From Macrostomum lignano (lineage: Eukaryota), in NCBI GenBank assembly GCA_002269645.1, contig NIVC01002719.1:82908-146907 (forward strand): a stretch of 64,000 bases of DNA. The letters run 5' to 3'. Positions 33,949-46,882 of the stretch are shown here, piece after piece. The translations under genes were made by a program, and so were the position numbers. Numbering within the stretch: position 1 is the first letter of the stretch; each line of letters starts with the position of its first letter. The notes under the pieces are model-generated. The model worked only from the letters and a program-made list of their open reading frames with translations. It had not been told where the DNA came from and did no database searches.

Positions 33949-35770
33949 AGTGTACATTTACATGTACAGTACATGCACGTTACTTCAATTATCAAAAATT
34001 GTTTATTGCCCCACCTTTTATTTATTCACCTCACCTGTTTTGCAGTTCAACATCAACCCTATTTTGGCTGTACATTCATTTGCCACTCACTTCAGAGCAC
34101 CAACCCTCTGTGCCCCTCCTTATCTTCTTGTCCAGTTCACCCGCCCCCAAGTTTACAACAAGTAAAGCCACCCAGTCCCATTTGGAAGTTTAATTCTCAT
34201 TTTGCATGTCCAAGTGCCTGTGTTTATAATTGAGCCACCATTCGCGACCATACAATGTAGCAGATGGGCGATTCTCATTTTGCATGTCCAAATTCTCATT
34301 TAGCTTGTCAAATGCAGTATTAGATGCATCGTACATTCTGTACTTGAATGAAATTTTTTGGCACTTGTTGGTCAATCTTTACTCCTAGACTGTGCACCGT
34401 GATAGGAGACTGTAGAGTAAGCAGGAAAATGTGCTTTTATTAATTGTATATTCATTTTTAACTTGGGATACATACTAGAGAATCCCATACATCTACACGT
34501 TACGTGATCTTAAGAATCAAATGAGTGATGTTAGACGAAAAATTGATACTGAATTACAGTACCTGGAATGTTATTTGAGATGTCACCTGTCAGGAAAAAG
34601 TAATGACACGAAACTTTGTTGTTTTTGCAACGCTCATGCTTACTGTTTCATGATAAAAATCAATGTTAGTCGTGCTATTATTCCAATCTTCAAACAAAAT
34701 AAAAAGCAAACATTTACACAGGTTCGAAAACTTCAACTCCAACTTTTACAAAATCGTTTTGTAAAAAAAAGAGAAAGCCGCAGTGAAGCTGTCGGATTTT
34801 TTGCTGCTTGATTATTGCACAGTCAATTTCTCAAATGCCTTCTTCGCCTCATCATTGTCTCACCATCACCATCTCATTTGTGAAAGATTACGAGTTTTTA
34901 TTTCCTCATTTTCTTAATTAGTATCAAACTTTCAGTGTTGCCTGAATCATGAATGTTTAAACGATTTTATACTTTACACACATACTTTACGCGTGTTAGT
35001 AACGAAAAGTACATTATACCAGCTGCATAAAGGATTCAGAGCTACTACTTTAAAGGCATAAGAATATAGCTCGTAGTTTAGTATATTGGTACTCGTAAAA
35101 AATATTGATACTAAAGCCAAAGCCAAAGCCAAATCTAGTCGTAGTTAAAGTAAGTACGGAAAACGAAGCTGTCATACCATTGCCTCCTTGAATAAGTATT
35201 GCGTTTGACAAGCTAAATGAGAATTTGGACATGCAAAATGAGAATCGCCCATCTCCTACATTGTATGGTCGCGAATGGTGGCTCAATTATAAACACAGGC
35301 ACTTGGACATGCAAAATGAGAATTTAGACATCCAAAATGGGACTGGGTGGCTTTATCTGTTGTAAACTTGGGGGCGGGTAAACTGGGCAAGAAGGTAAGA
35401 AGGGGCACAGAGGGGGTTGGCGCTCTGAAGTGAGTGGCAAATGGATGTACAGCCAAAATGGGGTTGATGCTGAACTGCAAAACAGGTGAGGTGAGTAAAT
35501 AAAAGGTGGGGCAGTAAGCAATTATTGAGAATTGAACCAATGTGCATGTACATGTAAATGTACACTGGATAGAGGGAGAGAGAAAATGCTTATTCGGGAC
35601 TGGCATGAATCTTGATTGCGAAACCATCCATTCCCATTTTGGATGTCTTATTCTCATTTTGCATGTCCAGGTGCCTATGCCTTTAATTAAGCCACCATTC
35701 GTGACCATACAATGTAGCAGATGGGCGATTCTCATTCCGCATGTCCAAACTCTCACTCAGCTTGTCAAAC
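33944..35770. repeat. Inverted repeat pair of about 370 bp (33944-34320 vs 35200-35570) plus further partial copies
   Basis: tccagtgtacatttacatgtac...gcatgtccaaattctcatttagcttgtcaaa occurs in both orientations; a partial direct copy at about 35640-35770. Confidence 0.8.
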
Positions 35771-35929
35771 GCAATATTACTTCTGGATACATTTCCTTAG
35801 GCAAAAGTACAAACATTATTAAAACAGCACTATTAGTGAGCAATTAGTAGATCGGAAAAAATCACCAGGTACACACAGTGATATTAAACTATTAGATTGA
35901 GCGATGTTTTCACAAAAATGCTCTTCAGC

Positions 35930-37388
35930 TTACTTTCGCTTTAGTTGCTTTTGTACTGGCTTCTGTAGAAGAACAGAAAATGCTGCACGCCTATGTCTTG
36001 GCCCAGGCAATACCTGAGCCTCCTTCGCCTTCTTCGCTTCACAAGCCTTCTTCGCTTCTTTAGCCTTCTTCACTTCCTCAGCCTTCTTTGCCTCTTCAAC
36101 CTTCTTCGCTTCCTCAGCCTTCTTTGCTTCTTCAGCCTTCTTCGCTTCCTCAGCCTTCTTTGCTTCTTCAGCCTTCTTCGCTTCCTCAGCCTTCTTTGCT
36201 TCTTCAGCCTTCTTCGCTTCCTCAGCCTTCTTTGCTTCTTCAGCCTTCTTCGCTTCCTCAGCCTTCTTTGCTTCTTCAGCCTTCTTCGCTTCCTCAGCCT
36301 TCTTTGCTTCTTCAGCCTTCTTCGCTTCCTCAGCCTTCTTTGCTTCTTCAGCCTTCTTCGCTTCCTCAGCCTTCTTTGCTTCTTCAGCCTTCTTCGCTTC
36401 CTCAGCCTTCTTTGCTTCTTCAGCCTTCTTCGCTTCCTCAGCCTTCTTTGCTCTTCAGCCTTCTTCGCTTCCTCAGCCTTCTTTGCTCTTCAGCCTTCTT
36501 CGCTTCCTCAGCCTTCTTTGCTTCTTCAGCCTTCTTCGCTTCCTCAGCCTTCTTTGCTTCTTCAGCCTTCTTCGCTTCCTCAGCCTTCTTTGCTTCTTCA
36601 GCCTTCTTCGCTTCCTCAGCCTTCTTTGCTTCTTCAGCCTTCTTCGCTTCCTCAGCCTTCTTTGCTTCTTCAGCCTTCTTCGCTTCCTCAGCCTTCTTTG
36701 CTTCTTCAGCCTTCTTCGCTTCCTCAGCCTTCTTCGCTTCCTCAGCCTTCTTTGCTTCTTCAGCCTTCTTCGCTTCCTCAGCTTTCTTAACCTCATCATT
36801 GGTTAGCGTCACCATCTCAATCGGGTTATCATTCATCTGGTTCAATTCTGCTAAAGCCTGTCGAACGCATACTAAACTTGGGCGAATAACACTATTGGAT
36901 GGTGATTTCGAAATAGAATAGGCCATCTCAAGGTGTCGGATAGCCTTCTGCAGGTGCAGTTTTACCTGCTGCTTGCAAGGCTTAAAAGCAGGGTGATAAG
37001 TACTATCACTCACCATCTCCCAATTGCTACTCTCCAACCACTTTCGACCCGTGTCCGCAGCCTTGCATCGCGCTGAAACTGATTGTCGGCATTCAGTCGA
37101 TGATCCCTTCTTTCGAGTGATAGCGACGTCATTACCAAACGCAATGCTTAACCCACTTTCGGTCAAGTACTTTAATTCAAGACCTTCGACATTACGAATA
37201 CTAGAACGACTCAGCGCATTTAACCCAAGAGTTACAGCCGCTTCCCGAACATCCGAAGCCATAAGTCGTACTCCAACAACAAAGTCCTCTTTAGGAAAGG
37301 GGGATGGCAAACATCCTTGCCCAATGAATAGCGCAAAAGTGTCCTTTGCAAATGCCTGGAAGCAAAGTTTAGAAAGGAAAGCAGCCAT
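35930..37388 (-). CDS. Intronless ORF with about 42 KAEEAK hexapeptide repeats; two 1-nt deletions in the repeat
   Basis: About 200-aa unique N-terminus, then a 36-bp (2x18) repeat tract 36020-36785; the original frame resumes after deletions near 36451 and 36487 and ends QLKRK-TAA at 35930. Confidence 0.6.
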
Positions 37389-37715
37389 TGATTATTTTAA
37401 GTCAAAATTCTGAACGAAATTCAAAATTTTAATTCAATTCCACTGGCAAATTCTCTAGAACTAATCTAATCATCAAACAGAAGGCTAGAGTCACCAGAGG
37501 AAGCAAATGGGTTTAAATAAACCAAATATAAACTTACGCCCGAGTTAGTGCAAACAAGAAAACAAGAGAATACAAAGTTTTTTCGTTTTGAGTCCAGGTG
37601 ATCAGATTGAGCAAGAGCAGACGTCACAGAGTGCCTAGAAATGATTAGATTCTCAAGTTGGAAGCCTAGAATGACCAAATATGGTGACAAGGGAAGCGAC
37701 TATGGAGAGAGTAAG

Positions 37716-40700
37716 TGTCAGATGTTAGTGCGCAAGCACTTATCATCTAATGTTCATACTGTATTTTCAAGTTTATTTTCTGTCTATGGTCTTAATCTTG
37801 AGGGCAGCGGCCTACCAAATATATACTCTTATGCGAACGACGGACCACGGCTGGCAAGCGCTTAGACCGAAGCACAGTCATTCTACATCGCATAGTCTCA
37901 TCGGCCATAACTCGACAGTGGCGACGAGGATGGGATCCATTGGCAGAATCCCTGCGCTCACGGCAAACTCCGATGTAGACGTCTACTTGGAGAGGTTTGA
38001 CCAATTCCTCAAATACAAGGAGATCAAAGATGAGGCAAAGGTCGCAACGCTTGTGACTGCCATTGGAGAAGAGGCATACAAAGTGCTCCGCAATCTGTGC
38101 CAGCCCGATGCTGTGGCTTCAAGGTCATACGAAGATCTGGTGAAACTTCTAAAGGAGCACTATGCTCCGAAGACTTCTATGCTCTCGGCGAGATTTCGGT
38201 TCCAGCAGTGCGTGCAGAGACCGGGTGAGAGCTTCGCTGACTTTATTTCCGGTCTCTAGGGCGCATCAGAGCACTGCGAATTCGGCACGGCTGATCAAAT
38301 AAAAGAGAGGCTGAGGGATCAACTCCTCTTCGGTCTTCGCAGCGACTCTCACCGTGCCAAGATTTTAGAAATGGAAAAGCCAGATTTTCAAGCTCTGATT
38401 TCCAAGGTCAACGCTCTGGAAGCAGCCGAGACGAACTCTACTGAGATGGCGCATAAAGTGGAACCGGCGGCTCACCTGCGGTACTCCAAGAAGCCAGCGT
38501 CCAAGGTCAGCGAAAACAGCCAAAAGTCTCCGGCCAGCGTCACCCAGGCAAGTTGGGCAGCGGGAGCGTGTGCCAGCTGCGGCGGTGCCCACAGTCGGCA
38601 GCAATGCAAACTTCGCGAGGCTAAGTGCCACAACTGCGGCAAGGTCGGCCACATCCGGAAGGTGTGCAGATCCTCTAAGCTGCACAAGATGGATACGGAG
38701 ACGGCTGAGCTACAGGAGCCCCTCTTCAGCATTCGCCTAAACGGATCGAGCAAGGGACTGAGAATCGAGTTGCTGCTGCAAGGCCAGCCATGTTGTTTTG
38801 AGGTTGACACCGGGTCCGCCCTCACCGTAATCCCAAAAGTAATTCAGGAGAAGGTACTGCCTGGACTTTGCCTGTCGCCGACTCCCACGGTGCTTAGAAC
38901 CTACACCGGCGAGAGCTTCCGGCCAGTCGGTCAGGCGGACGTCACCGTCCAGCACAACGGCCAGGGTCGGCGACTGACGCTATTGGTGGTCGAGCGTGGC
39001 GACGTCGCACTGCTCGGCCGTGACTGGCTGACGGAGCTGAAGCTGGACTGGCCAAACATCCTCAGCCAAGTCAACTCAGTGGCTGGTGAAGCTGGCGACC
39101 TGCTAGCGCAGTTCCCCGAGGTCTTCCAAGGCGGCTTAGGCACTTATCGGTACGGGAAGGTCACGCTGCACATGCCGGTGGAGGCCAAGCCGCGCTTCTT
39201 CAAGGCCAGACCGGTTCCCTACGCTCTCAGGGATCGCGTTGACGAGGAGCCGCGACGGATGGAAGCTGACGGAATCATCACTCCTGTCAAGTACTCCGAC
39301 TGGGCGGCGCCCATCGTGCCGGTGGTCAAAAAGAACGGTGCGGTGAGAATCTGTGGCGACTACAAGCTGACTTACAACGCCGAAGCCAGGCCCGAGCTAT
39401 ACCCATTGCAGCGCATCGAGGACCTGTTTGCCAAGCTGGGCGGCGGCTGCAAGTGGTCCAAGCTGGACATGTCCAATGCTTTCCTGCAACTGCCGCTATC
39501 CCAGGACAGTAGGGCCTATTTGACCATCAACACGCAGCGCCGTCTATTCCAGCTGAATCGCATGCCGTTCGGCATCAACTGCGCCAGCGCCGTGTTCCAG
39601 CGCACGCTCGACTCGCTGCTCGAAGACTTAGAGTCGGTTCAGGTATTTGTCGACGATATTCTAGTAACAGGCAAGACTCTGCATCATTATCACCAGAACC
39701 TGGTAAAGGCACTTCAACGCCTACAAGAGGCGGGACTGCGGTTGAACAGGGAAAAATGCGAGTTCTTCCGTGACTCGGTTGAGTACCTAGGCCATCGAAT
39801 CGACAGCAACGGACTCCATCCGCTGGCTGAAAAGGTAACGGCGGTGCAGAATGCGCCGCCACCTACAGACTGCAGCCAGCTCCGAGCTTACCTGGGCATG
39901 CTAACGCACTACGGCAAGTTCTTGCCGAATCTGTCAACGGTTATCGCTCCGTTAAACCAGCTTCTGACGAAGAACACACGCTGGACTTGGGAAGGACCTC
40001 AACAGCAGGCCTTCGAGAAGTCCAAGCGTCTCCTGCTGGAGTCTCCAGTGCTCATTCACTACGATGCTAAGCTGCCGCTGCGACTGGAGTGCGACGCCAG
40101 CCCCTACGGATTGGGTGTGGTGCTGACGCATCGCGTGGATGGCAAGGACCGGGCCATCGCCTTTGCCAGCCGCAGCTTGACCACAGCTCAGAAGGGCTAC
40201 TCGCAGCTGGACAAGGAAGCATTAGCGATTATGTTCGGCCTCCAGCGCTTTCATAAGTTCCTCCAGGGCCGCAAGTTCGTCATCGTAACCGACCACAAGC
40301 CGCTCCTGGCACTCCTAGGGGAGCACAAGGGCATCCCGGAACACGCGGCGGCTCGCATGCAACGCTGGGCGATCCGCTTGGCGGGCTACGACTACTCGCT
40401 GGAGTTCCGGCCAACCAGCCAGCACGCCAACTGCGATTCGCTCTCCCGCCTGCCGCTGCCAAGGCAATTTGAGGAGGAGCCGGCCGTGAACGCTCTGCTG
40501 CTAAACGAGGAGACCGGATCCGCCATAACGGCTAAGGCAGTGGCGCGGCACACCCGAACGGACGCCGTCCTCGGCCACGTGCTGCGCTGCCTGTAGGCCG
40601 GCGTGCCCATGACCGGCTCGGATCTCATCGACTTTGCCAGGCGTAGCAACGAGCTGAGTGTCGAGCAGGGCTGCATGCTGTGGGGCGCCCGCGTTGTGGT

Positions 40701-42058
40701 GCCAACGGCTCTGCGGCAAGGCGTGCTGGACGAGCTGCACCAGGCGCACCCCAGCATCAACCACATTCGAGCGCTGGCCTGCAGCTATGTCTGGTTGGCC
40801 AGGCCTTGACAAGCAACTCGAGACGACTGTCAAGTCTTGCCGGACCTGCATGCTCAACCAAGCCAACCCTCCCAAGGCGCCAGTGCAGCCATGGCCGTTT
40901 CCGGCTGAACCATGGGCGAGGCTGCACCTGGACTTTGCAGGCCCTGTTGACGGCCGCACCTACCTGGTGATTGTGGACGCCTTTAGTAAGTGGCCGGAGG
41001 TTCTTCGGGTGCATAGCGTCACGTCTATGGCTACCATTGAGCGGCTCCGCAAGGTCTTCGCCAGACTGGGTATCCCCCGAGTACTGGTTTCCAACAACGG
41101 CACGCAGTTCACATCTGCGGAGTTCGCCAAATTCACTAGGCGCAACGGCATCCATCATGTCTTCTCTGCACCATTTCACCCGGCAACGAACACGCAGGCA
41201 GAGAGATTTGTCCAAGTGCTTAAGCGGCACCTGGTCAAGAGCGGGCACTCAGCGGCTGCTCTGCAGCAAATGTAGATGACTTATCGCAACACGCCGCACT
41301 CCATCACCGATGCGGCCCCCAGCCAGCTGCTCATCGGAAGGAAATTGTGCAGTCGGTTGGACTTGCTGATGCCATCGCTGATGGACAGCATGCAACAACG
41401 CCATGAGCAGGAGGTGGAGCAGCAGCCGCAGGCACGTGATTTCCAAACCGGCAATAAGGTTCTGCTGCAAAACTTTAGTACTGGAGGCACTCGTTGGACT
41501 GAAGGTACCGTGCGATCTGCCGGCGCGCGCAACTGCACTGTTGAAGCTGATGGCACCATCCACCGACGGCACACCGATTAGCTGTTGACAAATTCGCTTC
41601 CCGATGCCGAGACTGTGTCATCACCATAACTCTCAGATGCGACGACCCCGACAATTGCTGAGATGCCAGACAAAGTCGCTAGACCCATAGACAGCGAGAT
41701 CATCAACCCTGCTGACAGCATCGGTGGCACAGTTGCAACAAACACCCAGGCCAGGCGTTACCCACAACGGCGCAGACAACCGCCGGATGGCCTTCAACTA
41801 TGATTGGGGACTGTTACTTTGACCTGACTGAATTTCTTTGAACTTTAGGGGGGAGATGTCAGATGTTAGTGCGCAAGCACTAATCATCTAATGTTTATAC
41901 TGTATATTCAAGTTTATTTTCTGTCTATGGTCTTAATCTTGAGGACAGCCGCCTACCAAATATATACTCTTATGCAAACGACGGACCACGGCCAGCAAGC
42001 GCTTAGACCGAAGCACCGTCATTCTACATCGCATAGTCTCATCGGCCATAACTCGACA
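37716..42058 (+). mobile_element. Full-length Ty3/Gypsy LTR retrotransposon, 202-bp LTRs (37716-37917, 41857-42058)
   Basis: TG...CA LTRs with about 9 differences; PBS tggcgacgagg at 37919; PPT aggggggaga 41847-41856; apparent aag duplication. Confidence 0.97.
37930..41803 (+). pseudogene. gag-pol: gag-pol (CCHC, protease, RT, RNase H, integrase) with in-frame TAGs and a frameshift near 40800
   Basis: CHNCGKVGH, VDTGS, FVDDILV, ECDASPYG, VSNNGTQF; TAG at 38257, 40594, 41273 and 41579. Confidence 0.95.
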
Positions 42059-44695
42059 AAGTGCAAACAAGAAAACAGGAGAATACCAAGTTTTTTTCGT
42101 TTTGAGTCCAGGTGATCAGATTGAGCAAGAGCAGACGTCACGGAGTGCCTAGAAATGATTAGATTCTCAAGTTGGAAGCCTAGAATGACTAAATATGGTG
42201 ACAAGGGAAGCGACTATGGAGAGAGTAAGTGCAAACAAGAAAACAGGAGAATACCAAGTTTTTTCGTTTTGAGTCCAGGTGATCAGATTGAGCAAGAGCA
42301 GACGTCACAGAATGCCTAGAAATGATTAGATTCTCAAGTTGGAAGCCTAGAATGACCAAATATAGTGACAAGGGAAGCGACTATGGAAAGAGTAAGTGCA
42401 AACAAGAAAACAGGAGAATACCAAGTTTTTTCGTTTTGAGTCCTGGTGATCAGATTGAGCAAGAGCAGACGTCACAGAGTGCCTAGAAATGATTAGATTC
42501 TCAAGTTGGAAGCCTAGAATGACTAAATATGGTGACAAAGGAAGCGATTATGGAGAGAGTAAGTGTAAACAAGAAAACAGAAGATTACCAAGTGTTCCTT
42601 TTGAGTGTTACTTATTGAGTGACAAGATTTAGGAAAGAGTGGGATAATGTTGGATTAAAATTTGATTAAAGTTGGAAGAGGTTCTATTAAAGTTGGATTG
42701 TAGTTTGAATAAAGTTAGATAGGGTTGAATTTAATTTAGACTAGGTCTGTATGGCTATATACTTTAACAATAATATACCTTATAGAAGAAACATTATTGC
42801 TCTAGATGAATAGGCCTAGTAATTGAAGAGTAGAGTAGTAGTAGTAGTAAGGATTGGCTCAGGCAAATGGTGCCTGTTGTGCCAACATTAGAAAGTATAT
42901 TTGGTTATTTTTTGTTTGAAGTTCAATTTTAACATAACACATATATGAGATAATTCATATATTTTTAGAATTAGGAAATTAATTTGACTCAAAAAGTGCA
43001 AAAATCAAATTAAGCAAGGATAATAAATTCAAATTTACAAAGTAATAACATATTAAAAAGAAAGTATTTTGAAAGGTTGGTTAAAATATTAGATATTTAC
43101 CATAGTACAGTTTTGATATATTGTAGTAAATAGTAAATGATTTGCAAAAATGGGAAGAAAACAAATTTAGGAGAATACTTTCAAAAAAGTATAATAGTAC
43201 ATTTTAGCAAAAGAATGCAAATATGAAAATTAACAAATATATATATATATATTAGAAAAGAGAAAAAGTGAAAAATGAGAAGGAAAGAAAGTCAATAAAT
43301 TATGGAACTTCAAATAGTAAATCTGAATAGGCCTAACTGGTAGACAGTCAACAATTGTTAATAAATGTCACAATAAAATATGAGGGATTTTATTTTTGGT
43401 ATATTGAAAGATATAAACATGGTAAAGACATTCAAATAGCATGGGAAAATTAAAATACTTTATGCTTAGCTATATAAACAACAGCAAATTATTAGCCTAT
43501 TAAAAAAAACCAGAAATTCAAAATACTATACTCTAAAAATTGAAATACTATAAAACTGAGTCTAATATACTCCCTTATAGTATAAATTATATATTAATAT
43601 AGTCTAAAGACAGTCAATGGAATAAATACAATTGTTTAAGACAATGTATTTTTGTAAGGAAGGGCCTACCAAGGCCTTAGACAGTTGAAAATTCAAGTTC
43701 AAGAGAGTAAAAGGTAAAGTATGAGGATGCAAAATCCTGAATGTGAAAAGTGATTTAAACAGCCTTTAAAATAGAGTGACTAAAAAAAGACTAGGAATGT
43801 TTTGCAGAAATACAAGCCAACCAGCTTATTAATATTACTAGGCCTACCACTAGAACTAAGCCCCATTGACCAACCCACTTAAATAAAACTGCAGCAGACT
43901 GCAGAATTAAAATTAATTGCGCGTGCACGAGGTGTCTTTTATTCTAGTCCTTAGGTGACTTTATTCTCTAAATTTAAATGTATTTAAATATTTAGAAGCA
44001 AAATAATTAGACTAAGGTTTTTGTTTTAGTACGTTACACTCAGATCGGATCCGATACGGGCTGATCTGATCCAATCTGTCTTTTAGTGAGACCTGGTAAT
44101 TAACTGCTGGCTTAAAGATTTATTCAATTTATCCACTATATTCTATAACAAAGAAGCTATCTTCTTGCCTTATATGTTTATTTGTCACAAAATTATTTTA
44201 ATTTACCAGCTATTTTAAATAGAAATAACTATTTCTATATTTGTATATTTTTTAAGGTTATGTAGGCCAAGATTTATAAGTGTTTTTTAAAACTAACTTA
44301 AGTTAGGCCTAGATAAAAGTCTTTATTTACTACTTGTGATAAGTAGTTAAATTCATTACAAACCAAATATATTTTTTGTTATATAATTATAACCATTTAA
44401 AATAGGAAAGATTCAATTTACTTACTTACAAGCAAGAGTCCATTATCCATAGGCCTATCATGAATTAAATAGAAGTAATGGAAACAATATGCTTGTATGA
44501 AGCATCATAAGTGATAAGTAAAACTAGAAAACAAACCAGCAGATTGGCAAATTTTATTTGTTTTAACTTTGCCTGGTCATGACAACTAGACAAGATTTGC
44601 AGTACTTAAAGCATTTTCTGTTACTGAATGAAGGGTTGATCAAATATTATATGCCAATTGCTTTAAGCTGGAGCGAAATACAACTTTCTATTTGG

Positions 44696-44733
44696 CACGC
44701 AATAAATTGACTCTTCGCAAATGTCTTTAGAGG
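44696..44733 (-). other. Degenerate copy of a Macrostomum-type spliced leader sequence
   Basis: Minus strand CCTCTAAAGAC...TGCGAAGAGTCAATTTATTGCGTG versus the recalled M. lignano SL CCGTAAAGACGGTCTCTTACTGCGAAGACTCAATTTATTGCATG (22/24 at the 3' end); no GT donor follows. Confidence 0.55.
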
Positions 44734-44775
44734 CTGTTGTTTTAGCAGCAGCGTCACGGACAAAGCCAGGGGAAG

Positions 44776-46627
44776 TGTAGCGTTGTTATTCCAATGTACC
44801 TAGTTTCTAGAAGTTTCCTTTCCCCTTCGCGCATTCTATACGAGTAAAATTTCCAAATTAAGTAAAAGAAATTTCTGCATTTTTCTTCGAATTTCCATAA
44901 CAAAATATTTCTACGCGGAACCTTTACATATCTTATAGTTTAATTATTAGCCATATTCTTATTCAACGCATTTATCCGTATTAGCTACAGTTTACATTAT
45001 AACGTTGTATCTTTGTTATAATTCTAAAGAAATTTCCAGAACACCGTTAATTTTGCTATAAATATACACCAGGCAAACCCAGCTAATAAGCAAGTGTTTT
45101 TCCGGTAATCTCGATTATCGATAATAAATAATTGAACCGCCGCTTTCAAGCCTCATTTATTTTTCAGGCACGCTACAACTGGTCCGGCGAGGCGTCCAAC
45201 ATTCATCTGAGTCCCCAGTAAGGGGGCTACGCTGGCGAAGCATGGATGAAGCGCGTACGTGTGTGTAAATACCGCTGTAAATACTGCCTGTAAGTAGCAT
45301 AACGCCATCATCGACATCGCCATCAACGCCATGCTTCATCATCGTCGTCTGCACGCGGCCGTCGTCCAACTACTGTCTCTGCCGAAGTCATCATATACGA
45401 AACCTAATTCTGCAAACGCTGTACCGAAGTTGGCACGGATCTCAATCGACGACCGCCAGAAAATGCCTACACGGGTTATTACCAGGCCGTTCGATAGAGT
45501 CTTCCGTGAGCCCCACCAAATTCTACGCCAAAATAAGCCGAAATATCATCAGTCAACCAAGCTGCTATTGACCAAGGAACGCGCGGCTGAAACCTTCGGC
45601 GATCGTCTTTATATGACACCTTCCACGAGGTGATCGACATCCCGAGGGGCAACCCAGCCTGTCAATCGGTTCGCCTTGTGCGCTCCATCAGCCATGCCCA
45701 GCAATATTCAGCGACTGCCCGCCGTCGTCCTCATATTAGTCTCGGGAGTCTGCCTGCAATTCGAAAGGTCGTCCTGCCTGACGATCCGTCGTCCTGGAGC
45801 GTGGCTGAGCGTGCCACAAGCATCCCAAGTTCTCCTACCAGAAGCGCGTTGCGTGTTCACCTGCTACGAGATGCCTACCGAAGCAGAGCGACAGCCCGCC
45901 TCGACTCACGGTGCACCGATCTTGTTCCGGGTGTCGTCTGTCTGCATCCTGGCACATTCCGTCTATGTACATTGCTATTCGGCCAACCGGGGGCATCGCA
46001 GTAAGGTCTGATTTGCGAAATGACTAATTAATCAAGCAGCTTGACTTCACCAGAAATAACGTTTCACTTATTATTGAATATGTACATCATCGCCCCTATG
46101 CTGTAACAGTTTGAAATCTGCATGTACAAACGTACATGTCCACGCCCCCCACCAATTCATCATCTAATGTATATCACTTTTTCCTGTACTTCTCCAGGTG
46201 ACTCCGTCTCCGGCGGGGGAACTGTTGTAGCGTTGTTATTCCAATGTACCTAGTTTCTAGAAGTTTCCTTTCCCCTTCGCGCATTCTATACGAGTAAAAT
46301 TTCCAAATTAAGTAAAAGAAATTTCTGCATTTTTCTTCGAATTTCCATAACAAAATATTTCTACGCGGAACCTTTACATATCTTATAGTTTAATTATTAG
46401 CCATATTCCTATTCAACGCATTTATCCGTATTAGCTACAGTTTACATTATAACGTTGTATCTTTGTTATAATTCTAAAGAAATTTCCAGAACACCGTTAA
46501 TTTTGCTATAAATATACACCAGGCAAACCCAGCTAATAAGCAAGTGTTTTTCCGGTAATCTCGATTATCGATAATAAATAATTGAACCGCCGCTTTCAAG
46601 CCTCATTTATTTTTCAGGCACGCTACA
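44776..46627 (+). mobile_element. Non-autonomous LTR retrotransposon (TRIM/LARD-like), 402-bp LTRs (44776-45177, 46226-46627)
   Basis: tgtagcg...cgctaca LTRs differing at one site that I found; gaag TSD; PBS-like tggtccggcgag; purine tract ggcgggggaa; about 1050-bp interior with no recognisable protein. Confidence 0.92.
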
Positions 46628-46882
46628 GAAGAAGTTGAAGAACGCGCGCGCAGATTAGACAGAACAAAACGAGAGTTGTAAGACTTGCACTTTGTCGAGA
46701 CGTCAATCAAACGCAATTATGACTTTATATTTCGAGGTGCCGAGTCACTTCTCCGCTTTCAGTACCAACATGGAGGCTTTTCATATTGTGGCAGTGGGGT
46801 TGCCACCATTTAATAGTATTTTAATAATTTTTCTATTTTTAATTGCCTGCCATTTTTTTGTAAGTTTCCAACCCTTGCGGCC

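Larger units (their letters stand above)
37547..42595 (+). repeat. 168-bp satellite array (1 unit at 37547-37715, about 3.2 units at 42059-42595) split by the Gypsy insertion
   Basis: Unit starts agtgcaaacaagaaaac at 37547, 42060, 42228 and 42395. Confidence 0.9.

Noticed and set aside
38257-38259. TAG as a programmed gag-pol readthrough site
   Set aside because: It lies mid-gag before the zinc knuckle, and three more TAGs occur downstream; decay is more likely.
28680-42538. Repeated SPYLVILGFQLENL ORFs and poly-SL/RE ORFs
   Set aside because: Translations of the 168-bp satellite and (CT)n tracts, not genes.
42600-44500. AT-rich stretch, including agtagtagtagt at about 42835
   Set aside because: No ORFs; the AGT run lacks the Polinton terminal context.
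44640-46760. BED-finger-like hAT remnant on the minus strand across the LTR insertion
   Set aside because: Only a loose CxxC...RHL spacing with stops; not supportable.
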